Positions 10,718 through 20,792 of a stretch of 64,000 nt of DNA are shown here, piece after piece. The translations under genes were made by a program, and so were the position numbers. Numbering within the stretch: the stretch's first letter is position 1; each line of letters begins with the position of its first letter. This stretch comes from Bdellovibrionota bacterium (lineage in GTDB: Bacteria; Bdellovibrionota_C; UBA2361; JBIKWN01). The DNA lies in assembly GCA_044356295.1 (NCBI GenBank), contig JBIKWN010000001.1, positions 61,434 to 125,433 on the forward strand. Reading direction: 5' to 3'. Below the pieces are notes generated by a model, which saw only the letters and a list, made by a program, of their open reading frames with translations, ran no database searches and was not told the origin of the DNA.

Positions 10718-12115
10718 GTGGAGTACCGATTAAACAATTGGCATCATATACCCCTCGATAAGAGGCGATTGAGTCGTGCTGTGGAGCACGTCAATACTTT
10801 CTGGCTTCCTATTGAAACCTCAACTCATTATCAAGTACTTCGATTATTGGATGAACCAGAATCGTCTGAAATCTCTGTTAGAGACGAGGTCAAAAAAGAC
10901 CCCTATCTTTATCTGTATATTTTACGTGAATTATCAGCAAAAAAAATTTGTTTTCATCGAGCTTCTAAAACCCAATTAAACGTAATACTGGAAAAAAATA
11001 TTTCTCAAATTTCTACACATAATGGGGAACGGGGAGCACATTTTCAAATAATTCTAAGAAAACAACTGCAACTTGAACTGGCAACACTAACAACTCTTTC
11101 TGAGGCAGCATTGATTGACTCAAATACTTCTTATGAAGCAGGCGCTCTTAATCAGCTTGGAATAAATTTAATTTGCTGGAACTATCCACAAATGTATCAA
11201 GAAGCAATTTCGGAAGCACGTCCTTCTTTTTCAATCGAAAAAATACTCACAAGAAAATTAGGCTTTTCACCACTCGAGCTGGCAAAGGCAGTTGTAGATG
11301 AATGGGAAATTGGTGATTTTTCTCGAGCGCTTATAAACCCTCATTATCTTCCTCTTAAGATCACTGAAGAATTCGAAGTATTCACTGAAACAGTAAAAAA
11401 TCTTAAAAAGATATGCGACATTAGTACTGCATTTTCAAGGGCGCATCATCCAGAGATGTATGCATCTGCAAAAAGAGATTTTAGAAATTCATACCAAGAA
11501 ATCTATAGATCGCTCGGTTCCGAAGGAATCGACAAAATTCAGAAACAATACTACTCGCTCATTGGTGAAGTTGCGCCAATTCTTAGTAGTGATTCGCTGT
11601 ACAGTCAACATCCACAGATCGCATCTTTTGAACCACCACGGAAGGTCTATCAATTAAATAGAGAGCTTAAGACAAAGTTTTTTGAATTTTACGAAGAGAT
11701 AAATCATGTTTCTGTACATTCATCACTAAAAAAAATTACAAAAGACATTCTTTCATCATCTCAGTTTGACGGATTAGAACTCTTAACGTTTGATCCTGTT
11801 ACTAGAGCTCTTTCTTCTCAATTTTCAACAGGTGAGCTTTTTTATAGAGAACAAGAATTATATGATTCTGAAAACTCCAAACCTCTTCAAGCATTCCTTA
11901 ATCCTGATCAAATAGTTCTTACAGCAGTTACCCCAGAGGAATTTGGACTCATAGAGCGGACTGCATTGTTTACTTGCTTAATAATCAATGACCGAACGAT
12001 AGGCGTTCTTCATGTAGAAGGACCTTTCTTAATTCATGATATTCTCTCTGGTCAGCATAGGGATGAACTCGTCTCTGTAAAATTAGCATTAGAGGATGCT
12101 CTTCACTTAGCCTAA
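10718..12115 (+). CDS. HDOD-domain signalling protein with a possible C-terminal GAF-like domain
   Basis: The N-terminus 'LPIETSTHYQVLRLLDEPESSEISVRDEVKKDPYLYLYILR' fits the HDOD consensus (LP..P..ll..l.d......l...i..DP.L...lL). 465 aa. It lies directly upstream of the RND pump genes with a 63-bp gap. Confidence 0.45.
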   Translation: MEYRLNNWHHIPLDKRRLSRAVEHVNTFWLPIETSTHYQVLRLLDEPESSEISVRDEVKKDPYLYLYILRELSAKKICFHRASKTQLNVILEKNISQISTHNGERGAHFQIILRKQLQLELATLTTLSEAALIDSNTSYEAGALNQLGINLICWNYPQMYQEAISEARPSFSIEKILTRKLGFSPLELAKAVVDEWEIGDFSRALINPHYLPLKITEEFEVFTETVKNLKKICDISTAFSRAHHPEMYASAKRDFRNSYQEIYRSLGSEGIDKIQKQYYSLIGEVAPILSSDSLYSQHPQIASFEPPRKVYQLNRELKTKFFEFYEEINHVSVHSSLKKITKDILSSSQFDGLELLTFDPVTRALSSQFSTGELFYREQELYDSENSKPLQAFLNPDQIVLTAVTPEEFGLIERTALFTCLIINDRTIGVLHVEGPFLIHDILSGQHRDELVSVKLALEDALHLA

Positions 12116-12178
12116 ACTATTGAAATTACTAGGTTTAATTTGAAATTTGTTGGTCTAACAGGCGTTTGATACACTTGT

Positions 12179-13300
12179 TTGATTATGTCAAAAGCTCAGG
12201 TAAAAGTTCTCATCGGTTTTATAGTTATTGTAATTTTATTTGGAGGCATAAAAGGCTGCCAAATATACAAAGCAATGCAAGCTGGCATGTTTACTCCTCC
12301 ACCAGAAGCTGTAACCACTGCAACTGCACAAGATGCAGATTGGAATACGACATTTGAAGCAGTAGGTAATGTGGCTGCGGTAAGTGGAGCAACCCTTAGT
12401 TCTCAACTCGCAGGAACGGTAACTAAAGTAAATTTTGAATCAGGATCAACTGTAGAAGAAGGTGCGACTCTTCTTGAACTTGATAACAGCGTTGAAATTG
12501 CACAATTAAAAGGAGCTCTTGCTCTTCAAGCTCGCATGAAAAAAGGTTTTGACCGTGCAGTATCACTTCGTCAAAAAAATGCTATTTCAATTGATGAATA
12601 TGACAATACATCGGCTCTCTATGATCAAGCTATCAGTGCTGTTGATGCTCTCAAAGCAACTATTGCAAGGAAAAAAATCATTGCTCCTTTTTCAGGCAAA
12701 GCTGGAATTCGCATGGTAAATATCGGTGACTATGTTAAAGAAGGACAAGAGATAGTTCCGCTGTATAACTTATCATCTATACACGTTAACTTCTCTGTTC
12801 CTCAAAACTTTATCTCTAAAGTAACAGCTGGAAGTTTAGTGACTGTCTCAGTTGATGAAAAAGCAACTGCTTCTTTTACCGGAAAAGTCACAGCGGTCAA
12901 TCCAAATGTAATGGAATCAACTCGTAACGTCAGTGTTCAAGCTACTATTGTAAATTCAGCTGATGAACTCCTACGTCCGGGAATGTTTGCACATGTCTCG
13001 CTCTCTTTAAATGAATCAGTAAAAGGTCTAGTGATACCAATTACAAGTATTAACTATGCTCCTTACGGTGATTCTGTCTATGTTACTGAGAAAGGTGAGG
13101 GGGATACTAAAAAAGTAAGGCAACAATTTGTGAAAGTCGGTGCTAAGAAAGGAGATCAAATTCAGATTCTTAGCGGAATTGCTGCAGGCGATGAAATAGT
13201 TACAAGTGGACTTTTTAAGTTGCGCCCTGGTGTTTCTATCTCAATTAATAACAATTTAGCCCCTGCCTCTTCTGATAACCCACAACCAAAAGACACATAA
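12179..13300 (+). CDS. RND efflux periplasmic adaptor (membrane fusion protein, HlyD/AcrA family)
   Basis: N-terminal transmembrane anchor, then beta-barrel/lipoyl motifs typical of MFPs. 373 aa. It immediately precedes the RND permease. Confidence 0.85.
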   Translation: MIMSKAQVKVLIGFIVIVILFGGIKGCQIYKAMQAGMFTPPPEAVTTATAQDADWNTTFEAVGNVAAVSGATLSSQLAGTVTKVNFESGSTVEEGATLLELDNSVEIAQLKGALALQARMKKGFDRAVSLRQKNAISIDEYDNTSALYDQAISAVDALKATIARKKIIAPFSGKAGIRMVNIGDYVKEGQEIVPLYNLSSIHVNFSVPQNFISKVTAGSLVTVSVDEKATASFTGKVTAVNPNVMESTRNVSVQATIVNSADELLRPGMFAHVSLSLNESVKGLVIPITSINYAPYGDSVYVTEKGEGDTKKVRQQFVKVGAKKGDQIQILSGIAAGDEIVTSGLFKLRPGVSISINNNLAPASSDNPQPKDT

Positions 13301-13321
13301 TTATTCTAAAAAATAAAAACC

Positions 13322-16300
13322 ATGAGCAGTTTTACTGATATATTTATTCGACGTCCTGTTCTTGCAACCTGTATTAACTTAATGTTGCTTATTGTTGGGA
13401 TACAAGCATATTACGCACTTAATGTCCGCCAGTATCCAAAAACAGATCTTGCTATCGTAAAAGTTACCACTGCATATATAGGAGCAAATGCAGATCTTGT
13501 ACGAGGCTTTCTAACTACTCCATTAGAGCGTGTTATAGCATCAGCAGATGGCATTGATTACATGGAGTCAGAGAGTAGGCAGGGTGTTAGTACGATAACT
13601 GCACATTTGCGTCTAAACTTTGATACAAATGCAGCTCTAACCCAAATTCAAGCAAAAGTTGCGCAAGTAAGAAACGAACTTCCTCGAGAAGCAGAAGCTC
13701 CTATTATTGATGTTGAAACAAGCGATAATAGATTTGCTTCGATGTATCTTGGTTTTTCATCTCCTGATTTGGCGCAAAATGAAATTACTGACTACTTAAC
13801 CAGAGTTGTGCAACCTCAATTATCTGCAGTTGCAGGAGTTCAAAAAGCAGACATTTTAGGGGCAAGAACTTTTGCAATGCGTATTTGGCTAAAACCAGAA
13901 AAACTTGCCGCTTATAATCTATCACCTTCTGCAGTCCAAGCAGCTCTTGAGAATAATAACTTTCTCTCTGCAATCGGATCTACAAAAGGCAATATGATTA
14001 CAGTAAATCTTGTTGCTAATACTGACCTAAAATCAAAAGAAGAATTTGGAAATCTGGTTGTAAAAGAAAAAAGTTCGACACTTGTTCGGCTTTCAGATAT
14101 TGCAGATATACAATTAGGTGCAGAAAATTACGATGAAGATGTTCGGTTTAGTGGTCAAACTGCCACATTTATGGGCATCTGGGTTCTTCCAAATGCCAAT
14201 AGTTTAGAAGTAATAAAAAGAGTTCGAAAAATTCTTCCTAATATTCAAGAGAAACTGCCATCAGGTATGAAAGTTGGTATTCCTTATGACTCAACGGCAT
14301 ATATTGAAGATGCAATCAGTGAAGTTATTCAAACACTTCTTGAAACTATTGCTATTGTAATTGTTGTTATCTATTTATTTATTGGTTCACTTCGCTCAGT
14401 CATTGTTCCAGTTGTCGCAATTCCACTTTCACTACTTGGAGCATTACCGTTAATGCTGGCACTTGGCTTTACGATTAACCTCTTAACGCTGCTTGCAATT
14501 GTTTTAGCAGTGGGGCTCGTCGTTGATGATGCAATAGTGATGCTTGAAAACGTTGAGCGTCATGTTGAAGATGGGATGACTCCATTTGATGCTTCCATAA
14601 AAGCAGCAAGGGAGCTTGTTGGTCCTATCATCGCTATGACTATTACATTAGCTGCTGTGTATGCACCAATTGGAATTCAGGGTGGTTTAACTGGTACGTT
14701 ATTTAAAGAGTTTGCATTTACATTATCAGGTGCTGTCTTTATCTCTGGATTTGTTGCTTTGACTCTTTCTCCGATGATGTCTTCAAAACTTGTAAAAGCA
14801 AATCAAAATCCAAATGCCTTAAAGAGAAAGCTTGATTCATTTTTTTACTCTCTGAAAACTACATACGAAAACAGCTTGATAAAAAGTCTTCAGTATCGAT
14901 CTTCTGTCGTACTTTTGATTGGACTAATAGTACTGTTGATTGTTCCGTTCTATATGTTTTCAACAAAAGAGCTTGCCCCACGAGAAGATCAAGGAATTGT
15001 ATTTTCTATTATTCAAGCACAACCAAATTCCTCTATTGAGCAAACACTAACGTATACAAAAGAAACTCAGAAAGTTTTTGAGACCTATCCTGAATATTCT
15101 CAAAGTTTTCAACTGATAAGCGCAAATTTTGGATTCTCTGGAATGCTTACTAAGCCGTGGGCACAAAGAAAACGAACTACTCAAAATTTAGAAGAGTTGA
15201 TGTGGGGCCAGATGTCAGTAATTCCAGGCATTAGGGTTATCGTCACTACACCGGCTCCACTTCCTGGTGGATCGGACTTTCCAATTGAAATGGTGATCTC
15301 TTCAACTGATGAGCCAAGAAGAATATTTGAGTATACCCAGCAGATTGTTGGTGCAGCATTTGAATCTGGGCAATATATGTTTGCTGATTCTGATTTAAAG
15401 TTCGATCTTCCTCAAAGTGAAGTTGTTTTTAATCATGATAAAGTGGCAAGTCTTGGAATTAATCTTTCACAGGTCGGAAAAGATTTAGCTGTCTTACTCG
15501 GTGGAAATTATGTTAATCGATTTAATATCCAAGGAAGAAGTTATAAAGTTATTCCTCAAGCAAAAAGAGTTGATAGATTAAATCCTGAGCAATTAAACTC
15601 ATACTATGTCTCTGGTCCGAATGATTCTTTAGTTCCACTGTCTACTTTTGCATCGATCCGAACGACAACCGAGGCTCGTTCTTTAAATCGATTTCAACAG
15701 TTAAACTCAGCTAAAATTCAAGGTGCTATTATTCCAGGTGTTTCGATTGATCAAGGTCTTAAAGTCCTAGAAGACGCTGCAGCTAAAGTGCTTCCATCGA
15801 ATTACATAATTGATTACGCAGGTGAATCAAGACAGCTTCGTAATGAATCGAATGCATTATTAACTACATTAATTTTAGCACTCATATTAATCTTTCTTGT
15901 TCTTGCTGCTCAATTTGAAAGCTTTCGAGACCCTTTTGTTATTCTTGTTGGTTCTGTTCCTTTAGCGCTCTCAGGTGCATTGATGTTTGTATTTTTTGAT
16001 TTTACTTCTTTAAATATCTATTCACAGGTTGGTTTAGTGACGCTTGTAGGATTAATCTCTAAAAACGGTATTTTGATTGTTGAATTCGCAAACGTCCTTC
16101 AGGAAAATGGTAAAAATAAATTTGAAGCTGTTATTGAAGCTGCATCAACACGACTTCGTCCAATCTTGATGACAAGTGTTGCAACGGTAGCAGGGCACTT
16201 TCCACTCATCCTTGCTTCCGGGGCAGGGGCGGGGGCAAGAAACAGTATTGGCTGGGTGCTTGTTACTGGTATGATAATTGGAACATTCTTTACACTCTAT

Positions 16301-16393
16301 ATGGTTCCATCTCTTTATACCTATATTGCGGGGGATCACTCTCGAAGAGAGAATGAAGAAGAGTACAAAGAAAAATTACATCATGCCGCATAA
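13322..16393 (+). CDS. RND family efflux transporter permease (AcrB/MdtB-like)
   Basis: 1023 aa with 12 predicted transmembrane helices and two large periplasmic loops. Typical AcrB-family segments are present ('AIVLAVGLVVDDAIV', 'RLRPILMTS'). Confidence 0.9.
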   Translation: MSSFTDIFIRRPVLATCINLMLLIVGIQAYYALNVRQYPKTDLAIVKVTTAYIGANADLVRGFLTTPLERVIASADGIDYMESESRQGVSTITAHLRLNFDTNAALTQIQAKVAQVRNELPREAEAPIIDVETSDNRFASMYLGFSSPDLAQNEITDYLTRVVQPQLSAVAGVQKADILGARTFAMRIWLKPEKLAAYNLSPSAVQAALENNNFLSAIGSTKGNMITVNLVANTDLKSKEEFGNLVVKEKSSTLVRLSDIADIQLGAENYDEDVRFSGQTATFMGIWVLPNANSLEVIKRVRKILPNIQEKLPSGMKVGIPYDSTAYIEDAISEVIQTLLETIAIVIVVIYLFIGSLRSVIVPVVAIPLSLLGALPLMLALGFTINLLTLLAIVLAVGLVVDDAIVMLENVERHVEDGMTPFDASIKAARELVGPIIAMTITLAAVYAPIGIQGGLTGTLFKEFAFTLSGAVFISGFVALTLSPMMSSKLVKANQNPNALKRKLDSFFYSLKTTYENSLIKSLQYRSSVVLLIGLIVLLIVPFYMFSTKELAPREDQGIVFSIIQAQPNSSIEQTLTYTKETQKVFETYPEYSQSFQLISANFGFSGMLTKPWAQRKRTTQNLEELMWGQMSVIPGIRVIVTTPAPLPGGSDFPIEMVISSTDEPRRIFEYTQQIVGAAFESGQYMFADSDLKFDLPQSEVVFNHDKVASLGINLSQVGKDLAVLLGGNYVNRFNIQGRSYKVIPQAKRVDRLNPEQLNSYYVSGPNDSLVPLSTFASIRTTTEARSLNRFQQLNSAKIQGAIIPGVSIDQGLKVLEDAAAKVLPSNYIIDYAGESRQLRNESNALLTTLILALILIFLVLAAQFESFRDPFVILVGSVPLALSGALMFVFFDFTSLNIYSQVGLVTLVGLISKNGILIVEFANVLQENGKNKFEAVIEAASTRLRPILMTSVATVAGHFPLILASGAGAGARNSIGWVLVTGMIIGTFFTLYMVPSLYTYIAGDHSRRENEEEYKEKLHHAA

Positions 16394-17780
16394 TTTAGTC
16401 TCTGATGAAGAGGCGCTCTTATTAATAAAGGAAGCATCCCAAGGGATTTTTACTGAAGATCTGACATCCCAGTGGTTAAAGATCTTCGCTGCTCGTCCTC
16501 AACTAAAAAACTTTGTTAGGCAAAACGCATCCATGACTCTTGCAGAGTATGGAAAATCGCTCTTTTCTACCGAATCAAAAATTAGCAATACGTTGAAGGA
16601 GATTGTTACAAAAAAAACATCTTCTCTTTTTGGCACAGAGGCATCAGAAAAAGCTTCTAAAAGCTTAGATCTGCTTGGAAATATTGATACTTCTTCACAT
16701 GGAGGAATTTTTTCAGAGGATACTCTTGTACAGAGCCATCTTGTCATAGCCTCTGGAGCTTCAAGTCATCAGTCGTCATCACTTGTGTCACTAGCATGCG
16801 GTGTTGTGCCGATGAATAATGCGACATGGCCTCGAGGTTTTTTTCGTTTAGGTAATCGTGAGTCTCTATTCCCTAAGTCTTTTGACCGTATTGCAGTGCA
16901 TGAATGTAGTACCTTTACTAAGGAACACATTGATAAAAGACTAGATGATGCTTCCATTGACTCATGCACCAAAGAGATTTACGAATCAATAAAAAGTATT
17001 CCTCAAATTTTTGAGCATCGTTATTTTTTTGATCAGATGACAGTTATTAATCACGAGCTTTGGAAAAGGTCTTGTTCAATTTCTGGTGTTTCTCAATTTT
17101 ACCATCTTCTTCTTGAAGATATCACTGCAGAGCTTGTAATAAAGAGCATTGAATCTAAAGACGCACTATCAAAGCTCATATTCTGTGCTGACCAAAGAGC
17201 GCACTTTATGGAACTTTTTTCGAATCTGCCTGGCACATGGAGCCTCGATAAGAAAAAAGGTACTTTCCTTTTCTGGGCATCAACAGGTGATTTTAGAGCA
17301 GCTAGTGTTTGGCCTTCAGAAAATGGCGCATCATTGGTAACCGCACAACGAACAATTCCATTTACTGAAGAAGAAATTAAAATTGCTCTAGAAAAGCGAG
17401 AACTTGTCCCTTCAGTGTTTCTCTCTCTCGTAACATTACTCCTTAATGGAGTTCGACCATCTGGTGGATACCATCAAATTGCTTATCTTCCAGAGTACGC
17501 AAAACGTCTCGAAGCTTTTTCTGCTCACCTCGAAGAGGTTCGGTGTCCTTTATTTCTTGGGCAAATGCAAACTGCAGATCTTTTTCAGCTTGGTTACGGA
17601 TTTACTTTTATCAAAGATGCAGCTTCTTCTACTGGATTTGCAGGCATTGATACTCTTATCTGTAATCCAATTTCAAAAGAAGACTTTACCGCGAAGCTTG
17701 AATCCACTTCAGTGGCAGCTTCATTACTTGGAAACTCTTCAAGACTTTTTTCAGAAATAGTCCCCAAAAATCAGCAGTAA
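16383..17780 (+). CDS. Hypothetical soluble protein, about 465 aa, translationally coupled to the RND permease
   Basis: The ATG at 16383 overlaps the permease stop (ATGCCGCATAA). The ORF is long and uninterrupted, with no transmembrane segment and no recognised motif. The 5' extension given in the ORF track would overlap the pump gene and is rejected. Confidence 0.5.
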   Translation: MPHNLVSDEEALLLIKEASQGIFTEDLTSQWLKIFAARPQLKNFVRQNASMTLAEYGKSLFSTESKISNTLKEIVTKKTSSLFGTEASEKASKSLDLLGNIDTSSHGGIFSEDTLVQSHLVIASGASSHQSSSLVSLACGVVPMNNATWPRGFFRLGNRESLFPKSFDRIAVHECSTFTKEHIDKRLDDASIDSCTKEIYESIKSIPQIFEHRYFFDQMTVINHELWKRSCSISGVSQFYHLLLEDITAELVIKSIESKDALSKLIFCADQRAHFMELFSNLPGTWSLDKKKGTFLFWASTGDFRAASVWPSENGASLVTAQRTIPFTEEEIKIALEKRELVPSVFLSLVTLLLNGVRPSGGYHQIAYLPEYAKRLEAFSAHLEEVRCPLFLGQMQTADLFQLGYGFTFIKDAASSTGFAGIDTLICNPISKEDFTAKLESTSVAASLLGNSSRLFSEIVPKNQQ

Positions 17781-18274
17781 CCTTCTTTTTGTAGGATACG
17801 AAGGATTCTTTTTTCGCTTCTCCTCATCTGTGCTGCTTTTGTTGCTGAAACTTTTTCATGATCAAAACCAAGAAGATGGTGGATTCCGTGAACTATCAGT
17901 CTGGTAAGTTCCTCATTGAATGTGACTTCAAATTCTTTTACTTGTTTTTTTAAAGTATCAACAGAGATAACGAGTTCACCAAGGGCTACCTCCCAGGGCT
18001 GTAAACGTATGCCTTCAATTTGAGAAAATGAGAGCACATCAGTCGGTTTATTTTTCAACCGATATTTTTTATTAAGTGTTTGAATCTCTTTATCATCACA
18101 AAAAAGAATTGAAACTTCACAAATTTGCTTGGGGACAATATTAGATACCGAGTCTTTTAAGATCCTCTGTACTAGTTTTTTTATCTTCAATGGACGGATC
18201 TCGATCCATGTTTTTCTTGTGATGACCGTCACTGTCCAGGTCTTTAACTTTTTCTGCAGGTTCCGCATATGCAA
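17771..18274 (-). CDS. ybeY: rRNA maturation endoribonuclease YbeY
   Basis: Zinc-binding motif 'HGIHHLLGFDH' and 'DKPTDVLSF'. The annotated ATG start would overlap pgpH by about 130 nt. The true start is probably an internal or non-ATG codon near 18150. Confidence 0.75.
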   Translation of the reverse strand: MHMRNLQKKLKTWTVTVITRKTWIEIRPLKIKKLVQRILKDSVSNIVPKQICEVSILFCDDKEIQTLNKKYRLKNKPTDVLSFSQIEGIRLQPWEVALGELVISVDTLKKQVKEFEVTFNEELTRLIVHGIHHLLGFDHEKVSATKAAQMRRSEKRILRILQKEGYC

Positions 18275-19724
18275 CTCTTTGATGATATATCCCTGTTAGT
18301 ACTCTCGTAAAGGATTTAGCAATACGGTGAAGCTCTTGAAGAGTTAACTGACATTCATTGAGTTGGCCTGAAGAAAATATCTTATTAATAAGCTTTTGAA
18401 CCATTCCCTGTATTCTATCAGCCGTTGGGTCGCTTAAAGTACGAGCAGCTGCTTCTATAGAATCAGCTAACATAAGAATTCCTGCTTCTTTCGTTTGAGG
18501 TCTTGGCCCAGGATAGGTGTATAAACTTTTATCGACTGAATCTATCTCTTGATTATGTTCTTTCGCCTCTTTGATTGCCTTATCATAAAAATATTCAATC
18601 ACTGAAGTTCCATGATGCTGAGGAATCATATCTTGAATCACTAAAGGCAGATGATGCTTCTTTGCCATTTCAAGGCCATCTTTTACATGAGCTCTAATAA
18701 TCAAAGCCGACATAGAAGGCGAAAGTTTATCATGACGATTGTCTTCACCACCCTGATTTTCTGCAAAATAGAGCGGTTTTTTAACTTTTCCAATATCATG
18801 AAAATACGCACCAACTCTTGCGACTACTGAATTCGCACCAACTGCTTCAGCGGCACTCTCTGCCATCATTCCCATAACCATTGAATGATTCCAAGTTCCA
18901 GGTGCTTGAACACTTAATTCTTTTAAAAGAGGATGATCAAGGGTAGCAAGTTCAATCAGCCTCATATCAGTGACATACTCACCGAAATATTCAAACAGTG
19001 GCGTTATACCAGCAGCAAGAAACGCAGCAATTATGCCTCCAGAAAAACCTGCAATAATTCTAATTGGAATCTCTGCGTTAGAAATATCAGGGGTTAATAA
19101 AAAAGAGGTAATGGTTAACGGCATTGCAATAATACCGACATAAAATCCTGCTCTAATATAACAGGAGCGCGAACGAAATTTTACAAGACTAAGCGCTGCA
19201 ACGAGTGTTGTACAAAATACATAGGGAACAAGCATTGCATCCTGTTCAAAATAAATACCTGCATAAAGAGCCGTAATGACTGAGGCAATAAATGCATACT
19301 CTATTCCGATTATCGCTTGAAGAATTAAGACACCAGTGCTCCAAGGTATCGCAAAAAGAATAGTTTCAGGTGTAATTTGAGAGATGAGATGTGATTGCTT
19401 GCTATATGTAGAGATTCCAATAGCAATAATTCTTCCAAACCAAATAATAATGACGGTACCAAATAAAATAATACCTAGAGTGAATAAGTTTTTTCTTGTT
19501 CCTAATCGAAATGAGGGCAGGGCTCGTAGTGCAAAACGGTGAAAGATAAAACAGGTGACAATGATTGAAGATACACGTGCCAAGCTGGTTGGAATATCAA
19601 TCCAACCAAATGAAGTTCCGAGAACAAGCTCAGTTAGAACGCTTAAGATAATGCTGAATAACAGACCACTAAAAATATGAAGAGACTCTTTTTTAGTATA
19701 GTTAGGAGTTATCTCGGAGCTCAT
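18141..19724 (-). CDS. pgpH: 7TM-receptor-linked HD phosphohydrolase (PgpH/YqfF family, c-di-AMP phosphodiesterase-like)
   Basis: N-terminal multi-transmembrane domain plus a C-terminal HD domain ('YFHDIGK', 'HH'). This is the classical phoH-pgpH-ybeY arrangement. Confidence 0.75.
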   Translation of the reverse strand: MSSEITPNYTKKESLHIFSGLLFSIILSVLTELVLGTSFGWIDIPTSLARVSSIIVTCFIFHRFALRALPSFRLGTRKNLFTLGIILFGTVIIIWFGRIIAIGISTYSKQSHLISQITPETILFAIPWSTGVLILQAIIGIEYAFIASVITALYAGIYFEQDAMLVPYVFCTTLVAALSLVKFRSRSCYIRAGFYVGIIAMPLTITSFLLTPDISNAEIPIRIIAGFSGGIIAAFLAAGITPLFEYFGEYVTDMRLIELATLDHPLLKELSVQAPGTWNHSMVMGMMAESAAEAVGANSVVARVGAYFHDIGKVKKPLYFAENQGGEDNRHDKLSPSMSALIIRAHVKDGLEMAKKHHLPLVIQDMIPQHHGTSVIEYFYDKAIKEAKEHNQEIDSVDKSLYTYPGPRPQTKEAGILMLADSIEAAARTLSDPTADRIQGMVQKLINKIFSSGQLNECQLTLQELHRIAKSFTRVLTGIYHQRVAYAEPAEKVKDLDSDGHHKKNMDRDPSIEDKKTSTEDLKRLGI

Positions 19725-20688
19725 ACGCTTTCACGATTTCAGAAACAAGTGGGTGTCTTACAACATCTTCATCAGTAAAATCTACAACTGATACCGCATT
19801 GATTCTTTTAACAATATGAAGCGCATCACTTAACCCGGAAGGAATTCCGCGTGGAAGATCTATCTGCGTAGGATCTCCGGTTACGACACACTTCGACCCA
19901 AATCCAAGCCTTGTTAAGAACATCTTCATCTGAACAGGGGTGGTATTTTGAGCCTCATCTAAGATGACAAAAGCATTTGAAAGTGTTCGACCCCTCATAA
20001 ATGCAAGTGGGGCTACTTCAATCTGTCCTTTTTCTACCATCTCTTTTGCTCGCTCAGGTTCAACCATATCGTGCATAGCATCATAGAGAGGTCGCAAATA
20101 CGGGTTTACTTTCTCTGCCATATCTCCAGGAAGAAACCCAAGTTTTTCTCCTGCTTCAACAGCTGGGCGACAAAGGACAACTCTTTTCACTTCTTTTTTC
20201 AAAAGTGCAGAAACTGCCGCAGCCATTGCAAGATAGGTTTTTCCAGTTCCGGCAGGACCTACACCAAAAATAATATCGTGCGTCTTCATTGATTCAAGAT
20301 ACAATTTTTGTCGAAATGTTTTAGGAACGATTGAGAATTTTCGACCTGCAATCTTTACCTGATCGCGAAAGAGATCTTCGAGGCGGAGTTTGCGATTTCC
20401 TGAAAGCATTCTTAGTGCGCGCTGAATATCAGTTTCCCAAATATTTTCACCTTTTTCAGCAAGTTCTTTCAGTTGGGTAAATAAGTCCTGAGCAAGTTCT
20501 ACATCCGAATCAACACCGATGAATCGAAGTGTTTGTCCATCATGAGATATTTTTATATCCAGCTCTTTTTCAACAAACTTTCCATGCTTATCAAGATCGC
20601 CCAAAAGGCTTCTCATGACATTAGGATCTGCAAAGAATAGGGTTAACTCTTTTTGTTCTGCTCTTAATTGTCCGTTTTTTGCTCCCAA
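19702..20688 (-). CDS. phoH: PhoH-family ATPase
   Basis: Walker A 'GPAGTGKTYLAMA', 328 aa. It is the first gene of a conserved phoH-pgpH-ybeY operon. Confidence 0.9.
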   Translation of the reverse strand: MGAKNGQLRAEQKELTLFFADPNVMRSLLGDLDKHGKFVEKELDIKISHDGQTLRFIGVDSDVELAQDLFTQLKELAEKGENIWETDIQRALRMLSGNRKLRLEDLFRDQVKIAGRKFSIVPKTFRQKLYLESMKTHDIIFGVGPAGTGKTYLAMAAAVSALLKKEVKRVVLCRPAVEAGEKLGFLPGDMAEKVNPYLRPLYDAMHDMVEPERAKEMVEKGQIEVAPLAFMRGRTLSNAFVILDEAQNTTPVQMKMFLTRLGFGSKCVVTGDPTQIDLPRGIPSGLSDALHIVKRINAVSVVDFTDEDVVRHPLVSEIVKAYELRDNS

Positions 20689-20792
20689 AGAATTTCCTTA
20701 AAAAATATAAATTTTGCTCTTAACTACTATTCTAACTCCAACTGAGCGTTCGTGCGAATACTAATTATATTGATATAAAATAACTCTAATTA

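Noticed and set aside
16278-16382. An upstream extension of the post-RND hypothetical ORF (MEHSLHS...).
   Set aside because: It lies wholly inside the RND permease coding sequence in another frame. The ATG at 16383 overlapping the pump stop is the plausible start.
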